Position numbers and translations under genes: made by a program
The notes under the pieces: generated by a model
What the model was told of the DNA's origin: nothing
The model's database searches: none
What the model saw: only the letters and a program-made list of their open reading frames with translations
Shown here: piece by piece, positions 63,172-64,000 of the stretch
Layout: each line of letters begins with the position of its first letter
Position numbering within the stretch: position 1 is the stretch's first letter
Assembly (NCBI GenBank): GCA_001179505.1
Contig: CDMY01000301.1
Coordinates: forward strand, 65,474-129,473
Direction of reading: 5' to 3'
From: Vitrella brassicaformis CCMP3155
Lineage: Eukaryota; Protista; Chromerida
DNA length: 64,000 nucleotides

Positions 63172-63705
63172 TCAGCAGTTGGGTTTCCCGCCCAGACCGG
63201 GGTACTTGATCTTCCAGCACTTCTTCCCGCCGAACCAGGGGATGCAGTGCTTCTTGCGGCATTCACACGGCTTCTTTTGGAAGACAGCAAGTGCAGCGGC
63301 CTTGTAAGCGTGGCACTCTGGCGTGGAACACGACGCTCCAGGGAGGTCCCTCATGAAGTGAAAGTCGCTGAATCATTCATGAAACAGTCACAGACAGACA
63401 GACAGACAGACATCGCCATGGGAGAATGCTCAAGTGCTGTGCTGCTTGCCTTCTCCCCTTTCCCCTCCACCAACTCACCAGCCGCACTTGTGGTATCCAT
63501 GTTGGTTCAGACATCGGTCATGCTCCTTGCACACGCAGTCCACACCGTCACGACAGTCCATCACGGGGCATGGGGTGCCCACACCACAGCCACGGCTGTA
63601 TCCACACCAGTTGCCGTAGTTCGCCAGACCACTCGTCGGCACAGCCGCAGGAGCGACAACCACGGCGGTGAGCAGCAGCACCTTCCAGTTGAACTGCATC
63701 ATCAT
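63172..63705 (-). CDS. Secreted phospholipase A2 (small Cys-rich, 2 exons)
   Basis: Signal peptide WKVLLLTAVVVAPAA, Ca-loop YGNWCGYSRGCG, catalytic DCVCKEHDRC (His-Asp), CG|..DFHF, Cys/Lys-rich C-terminus. Confidence 0.85.
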
Positions 63706-64000
63706 TGTGAAAGCACTCCCGACAGATGATTCAGGTGATGAGAGGGGGGGGGGGAAACTGTCATTAACCGTAACACTCGTCTGTGTGTCCGTGATACTCA
63801 TACAAATACAGTCCCATCAGCATGCAGAGTCAAACAGGCTCAAGGGGAGGAGAGATCAATCCGCGCCCCATCAGCACACCCCAGTCCCGCAAACCCTCCC
63901 CTCCCTCCCCCACGCAGACAGAAGCTAGTCGCACGCGCGAGGGCGATAGACAAGCGAGAGCGAATCCATCCAGACACATGACTGAACCCCCGACCCTTCC

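Noticed and set aside
1-64000. rRNA, tRNA, transposase/RT ORFs, prokaryotic operons
   Set aside because: No such signatures seen by eye; bacterial-like genes (tnaA, efp, monooxygenase) all carry spliceosomal introns, so contamination is also unlikely.

Overview
Eukaryotic, intron-rich, GC-rich scaffold segment with two 300-N gaps. Short GT-AG introns are packed with (CA)n/(GACA)n/(CCAT)n/(GGCA)n microsatellites. A plastid-type EF-P with a signal plus transit peptide points to an alga with a complex plastid; the style is most like the chromerid Vitrella (inference, not verified). Genes were spliced by eye; CDS coordinates are first-to-last-codon spans including introns. Recognisable genes: HAD-like hydrolase, SYP2/STX7-type syntaxin, kinase-only Fused/STK36, Skp1-hydroxyproline GlcNAc-transferase (Gnt1-like), F-box protein, two metaxin paralogs (one lacking the membrane anchor), class A FAD monooxygenase, EF-P, 3xCCCH protein, Mei2-like RRM protein, bacterial-type tryptophanase, secreted PLA2, two divergent kinase-like loci and several orphans. 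Main observations: (1) an 8-9 bp motif (R)AGCTCGCA recurring near 5' gene ends, mostly in very short head-to-head spacers; (2) a ~1 kb foldback element carrying that motif in both terminal inverted repeats, between tryptophanase and metaxin; (3) a Gnt1-like gene head-to-head with an F-box gene about 52 bp apart. No rRNA, tRNA or CRISPR array was seen.
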